Origin: Zancudomyces culisetae HAW-14-8
Taxonomy: Eukaryota; Fungi; Kickxellomycota
Direction of reading: 5' to 3'
Length of the DNA: 64,000 bases
Assembly: GCA_052426225.1 (NCBI GenBank)
Contig: JBNJNM010000012.1
Span: 2,108,001 to 2,172,000 of the forward strand
The notes under the pieces are model-generated. The model was not told the origin of the DNA and made no database searches. It saw nothing but the letters and a program-made list of their open reading frames with translations. The position numbers were made by a program, and so were the translations under genes. Positions 59,931 through 64,000 of the stretch are shown here, piece after piece (position 1 is the first letter of the stretch; each line of letters opens with the position of its first letter).

Positions 59931-61656
59931 ATACAAGGAAACAAAGACGCAAAGTAAAAAGTTTATTGTACAAATATAGTACACACATAATGGATATCTT
60001 TAAAGGCATGTTATAAATGACCTTACGTCATAGATTTCAGTGAAGATTTCTTAAAATATATTGACTTGGAGCTCCTTTTTCTTTTCTTTTTCGTTAGTAC
60101 ATTTTGAATAGATAAAATGTGCTGTAACACGATAATTCCAAAGAGAATGAAATATCTCTTGATCCACAACATGCTGGAAATATTCCTTCTTAAAACCATA
60201 ATAGTATATAGTACTATTTCTTTAAACATTATTTCATGAAAAATACACGCATCTTCGTTTGATAAAAGAGCTTTTAAAGGTGGCATTGACGATCTTATAC
60301 ATTAAGCAAGATTTCTTGTTATAAATGGCAATTTTTTGTGTTTTCCGTCAGTATCTGGTGCACATGAAAACAAAAAGTAGGCAGGCCGATTTACGAACTA
60401 GGTAAAACAAGCACCAGAAAATGTCTTGCTACGTCCAGTAAGTTGGATCTCACCAGATCTCTCATTTCTTTATTTCCTCATTTGGTTCTGGAAAAACGAA
60501 CACAAAAGTTACAAAAAAACACACACACATTCCCCACCTCCCCAGTTGCATTACTAATAACAGTATAGTTGTGGTAATTGTTGGATAAAACCGATGATAA
60601 CGACGATGATGATTGGGTTGATAATAGCAGAATTATTTCCTTCAGGTTAAAATATCTGCAAAAAAATAATTTTAGTGTTGGTCAAATTCGCCTCTTTATA
60701 ATCCTCCCTTTTCCTCAAAAAAATTGTCGATCACAGTCTTGTATGTGCCCGCGTTTGAAAACACGGGTGAGTTTTTCCCCCCCATCAAGCGTTATTGGCC
60801 GAAATTTGGGTATAACCTTGATTGTTTGGAGATGCCTTGATTAAACAAAGTATGGGAAAAAAGTAGCTGCATTATTCGGAATTGTAGCTGCCATTTCTAT
60901 AAGCTGATGGGAAAATTAGAACAACCTCTGCTGGAGGTATTATTACATTGTATTTTATTTTTCACTGTATTGTAGGTGTTAGTTAAATAGGTTGGATTTT
61001 CATTTTTTATTAGTATAATACATAAATACGATCAAAAGGTATGTATGTAGCTACATGTCCAGCTTTTACATAACAATTAATCTGATAAATAGATGGCTAT
61101 ATTCATGCCTTATAATCTTATTTTTTTCGGAATAGTAGCAAATGTTGAAACTTCTGAATGTGTTTTATAAAGTGCAAGGTGCATAATGGGTCTGTAACCT
61201 TAAAAATACGTGTCTGGCTTTGTTTCTCAGCCTAACACGTTGGAAGGTCGTACAATAATAATTAACATCTCAGTATAATGTTACAAGTACAATGAACTAG
61301 TGTCGGTCCCGCTAAGCTTTTGTGTAGTTTGAATCAGTACATCCTCATTTTAGATGGAAATAATAATAATTTACGGAAAAGACAAAAAATGGCAGCACTG
61401 GTTTTAGGTGACTAAACCATACTCTTACGTTTACTTTCCTCCGACTGTATACCGAAAGGAGGTATTGCAAAGTGTAGGAAGTATTTTATACACTGGGATC
61501 TATCGTTGGTATGATGCTAAAAATATATATATAAATAGATGGAAAGTTCTCAGTAAAGGCTATCATCAGCAAAACACATTTTCATTTCTAATTGCATTAT
61601 TGTAATAGCATCAACACTACACACTCAAAAGCAAAAACAAACCGAAAAAATCAAAA

Positions 61657-62286
61657 ATGAAAGTATTATCATCACAATTGCTTGTTATCATGTTTATCCA
61701 AGTGGGATCCGTACTTTCGGGACCAGTAGGGGGGCATGGAAAAGTAGGAAACAGGTCTGGTCAAAGGTACAAAGGTGGGCATCGGGGGAATGGTCGTGGG
61801 TACTTAGGCTGGAACGGAGTACCCATGCAAGACTTGGTTGAGTATCCTTACTCAGATCCAGATCCATATCCATATCCATACCCGTACCCTGGTCCAAACC
61901 CAATTCCAAACCCAATTTCAAACCAAATGCAGTACCAAATGGAGGATCCAGCTCAGGACCAAATGCAGGACCAAATGCAGGATCCAGCTCAGGATCCAGT
62001 AGTAGAACAACCACAGTACCAAACACAGGATCCAGTGACAGACCAACCACAGTACCAAACACAGGATCCAGTGCAGGACCAACCGCAGTACCAAACACAG
62101 GATCCAGTGACAGAACAACCACAGTACCAAACACAGGATCCAGTGCAGGACCAACCACAGTACCAAACACAGGATCCAGTGACAGACCAACCACAGTACC
62201 AAACACAGGATCCAGTGATAGAACAACCACAGTATCAAACACAGGATCAACCACAGTACCAAACACAGGATCAACCACAGTATTAA
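61657..62286 (+). CDS. Secreted Gln/Pro/Tyr-rich tandem-repeat protein
   Basis: ATG in an A-rich context with a TATA-like element near 61525-61536. The protein has a signal-peptide-like N-terminus (MKVLSSQLLVIMFIQVGSVLS), a Gly/basic segment, a (PY)n segment and 9 copies of QPQY in 12-aa and 8-aa repeats. Confidence 0.75.
   Translation: MKVLSSQLLVIMFIQVGSVLSGPVGGHGKVGNRSGQRYKGGHRGNGRGYLGWNGVPMQDLVEYPYSDPDPYPYPYPYPGPNPIPNPISNQMQYQMEDPAQDQMQDQMQDPAQDPVVEQPQYQTQDPVTDQPQYQTQDPVQDQPQYQTQDPVTEQPQYQTQDPVQDQPQYQTQDPVTDQPQYQTQDPVIEQPQYQTQDQPQYQTQDQPQY
62005..62283 (+). repeat. 36-nt coding minisatellite
   Basis: Six near-identical 36-nt units encoding [DE]QPQYQTQDPV[TQI], followed by two 24-nt units and a partial unit. 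Confidence 0.92.
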
Positions 62287-62750
62287 ACTCCAGACGCGGA
62301 GTAGATCGTCAACCCTCTCAACCACCCTCTTACGCATACTTGGTAATCATGATACAGTCAGCTCGTGTGTATTTAATCCGTGCCCTGGGTAATACCATCC
62401 AAAGAGTTCAGCATGGGTTCAGCAATGGTTTTCTTTTCTTTTCTTTTTTCTAGTTTTTCCACCCCTCGTATATGTGTTTCTCTCGACTAAGCGCTTTAAA
62501 TGCTTTGCGGGCTATTCATATAAAATACATTCAACTAAATAAAAGTTATAGATAGAAAAAAGGGGCCAATAAGTGTGTATCAAGGTGCTATATCTGAAAT
62601 TGCGCTAAACAACAATGTTATTCCCAAGTTAGTCTAGTGGAAAACCAAGAAGACCGCAAAGTGTAGAAAGACAAATGTTACTACAAAAAGAAAGCAGCTA
62701 AAGTAATTGCATGGCAGCCCAACCATGTTGACAAATAAACAAAGAAGAAC

Positions 62751-64000
62751 TTAGAAATGTAGAGGGCATGCTGGGTTTCTTTTAAACCACGATTTAATAC
62801 AGTGCTCATGAAAGGTACAAAAACAGCCAAGCCTGGTAACAGCATTTCCAGACTCGAAATCCTCAAAGCATATAGAGCACTCAGTACCCAACATTGGCGT
62901 ATCCTCATTCAGTGTGTATGTTATGTACCTGGTTGAGTTTAGCATAAAGTTGGGTTTCTGAAGATTGCTACCATTACCGATGTTCATGTTGCTATTGTTA
63001 TTGCTATAAGTGGTAATACTGAAGGGCGTATTTTGGGAAAGGCGGTTGTCAATGTTGCTATTACCAGAGCCAGCAGCAGATCGTACGATACTAGCACTGT
63101 TACTGGAAATAGAATAGGTATTCGTTCCATCACTTCCGGTGCTAGAGTTGAAGGTAGCCGAACCAGGTGCGATAGTAGCAGGCGATGGTAGCGAGCTGGA
63201 AGTGCGAGCTTTTGCATCAGATGACGAAGACTCCGAGTTTATTACAATATTTGCATTTTCAGGGAGCCTAAAACTACTTGTACCACCCGTTTGCGATTGA
63301 CTAGTACCGCTTCCCAGTGTGATATCACTCTCTGTATTTACCTGTGTGCCATCTTGAGCACTGGTAGAGGGTAGATTGATAGAAATTGGCCTTCCGCCAC
63401 TAGTTTGGAGACGAGTATCGAGTATAGTACCCGACCCCCGTACAGGAGAAGAGTATTGGCCAGCATGGCGAGTGCCTCCCGAAGCAGAACTCTGATTACG
63501 ACTAGAACCTCTAGCAATTGGTGTGGTATTGGTGTCAGTGTTGGTATTGGAATTAGGATTGGTGCAGTTGCCATTTTGGGCAAAGCCAGAACTGAAAAAA
63601 TTCAAAGATCGACCCAGCAAAGAGGTTGGTTGCAAAGTTGGTTGAATATTTAAATTTTCTTCGGAATTGATTTGGGTGTATGTACTAGGGCGGCCAGTGC
63701 AAATTTGCGTTTCCATACTACTCAAACAATCCCTGACATGACGTTCCTGAGCCTCTATAAAACCTTCACCCGGAATCCTTGAAGTGAGAAAGGACCATAT
63801 ACTTATCCAAGATTTAAAGCATACTGGACACTCCGTCGAGCCTACGGTCAGTGTTGATAAAATATGTCGATGGGACAGGCTTGCAGGTGGAAGATATGGT
63901 AAAAAGTTTAAAATGGAGTCAACACCGAAAGCCAGCAGAGAAAGCAGCAACACAGTTAGTGAGCGGATGCCGCTATTCTCTAGGGCAAATGGATATAGGG
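62751..64000 (-). CDS. RING-H2 E3 ubiquitin ligase, Pib1-like (5' part outside the window)
   Basis: C-terminal RING-H2 ECSICFEDFESGNAVTRLGCFCTFHEHCIKSWFKRNPACPLH, and an upstream ECPVC...QERHVRDCL zinc motif typical of Pib1-type proteins. The last exon probably starts at 63841 (CTGAC branch point and CGTAG acceptor). A FYVE domain is not visible in this window. Confidence 0.78.
   Translation of the reverse strand, partial: LYPFALENSGIRSLTVLLLSLLAFGVDSILNFLPYLPPASLSHRHILSTLTVGSTECPVCFKSWISIWSFLTSRIPGEGFIEAQERHVRDCLSSMETQICTGRPSTYTQINSEENLNIQPTLQPTSLLGRSLNFFSSGFAQNGNCTNPNSNTNTDTNTTPIARGSSRNQSSASGGTRHAGQYSSPVRGSGTILDTRLQTSGGRPISINLPSTSAQDGTQVNTESDITLGSGTSQSQTGGTSSFRLPENANIVINSESSSSDAKARTSSSLPSPATIAPGSATFNSSTGSDGTNTYSISSNSASIVRSAAGSGNSNIDNRLSQNTPFSITTYSNNNSNMNIGNGSNLQKPNFMLNSTRYITYTLNEDTPMLGTECSICFEDFESGNAVTRLGCFCTFHEHCIKSWFKRNPACPLHF

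Noticed and set aside
59739-60009. Poly-KR and poly-FL/SL ORFs (protamine-like or membrane peptide)
   Set aside because: These are translations of the (AAAGAG)n simple repeat in several frames.
62005-62283. CRISPR-like array or RiPP (KEP/dikaritin) precursor
   Set aside because: The units are contiguous with no unique spacers. There are no KR/RR processing sites and no tailoring genes nearby.
61694-62337. Two long minus-strand repeat ORFs (194 aa and 139 aa)
   Set aside because: They are antisense shadows of the 36-nt repeat. The plus strand has the ATG context, TATA element and signal peptide.
1-64000. tRNA, rRNA, snRNA genes and intact transposons
   Set aside because: None was recognisable by eye. 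tRNAscan-SE, Infernal and RepeatMasker would be needed to exclude them.

Overview
AT-rich, intron-containing fungal nuclear DNA. Gene style and content suggest an early-diverging 'zygomycete' such as a Harpellales/Kickxellomycotina species; this is inference only. About 20 protein-coding genes can be supported, and exon structures were reconstructed by hand from splice sites and frame continuity: a bacterial-type mitochondrial histidyl-tRNA synthetase, Zim17/Tim15, a MedA-family regulator, an Rsc7/Npl6 chromatin-remodeller subunit, an Eht1/ABHD-type hydrolase, NOP4, RPB8, a Ctr copper transporter, an orphan, an Sgs1/BLM-type RecQ helicase, an Avt3/4 transporter, PNKP, a very divergent CSN4, FHIP/FAM160, a Dap1/MAPR cytochrome-b5 protein, a mitochondrially targeted bacterial-type elongation factor P, an SLC35F6-like transporter, ISU1, a secreted Gln/Tyr/Pro tandem-repeat protein and the 3' part of a Pib1-like RING-H2 ligase. 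The most notable item is the intronless nuclear EF-P gene with a mitochondrial presequence and Arg, not Lys, at the functional loop tip. Together with the bacterial-type HisRS, it suggests retained endosymbiont-type mitochondrial translation factors that budding yeast lacks. Also of note are the secreted repeat protein, a changed RPB8 GGLLM signature, overlapping convergent CDSs and two GC-AG introns. No RNA genes, CRISPR arrays or intact transposons were recognised.
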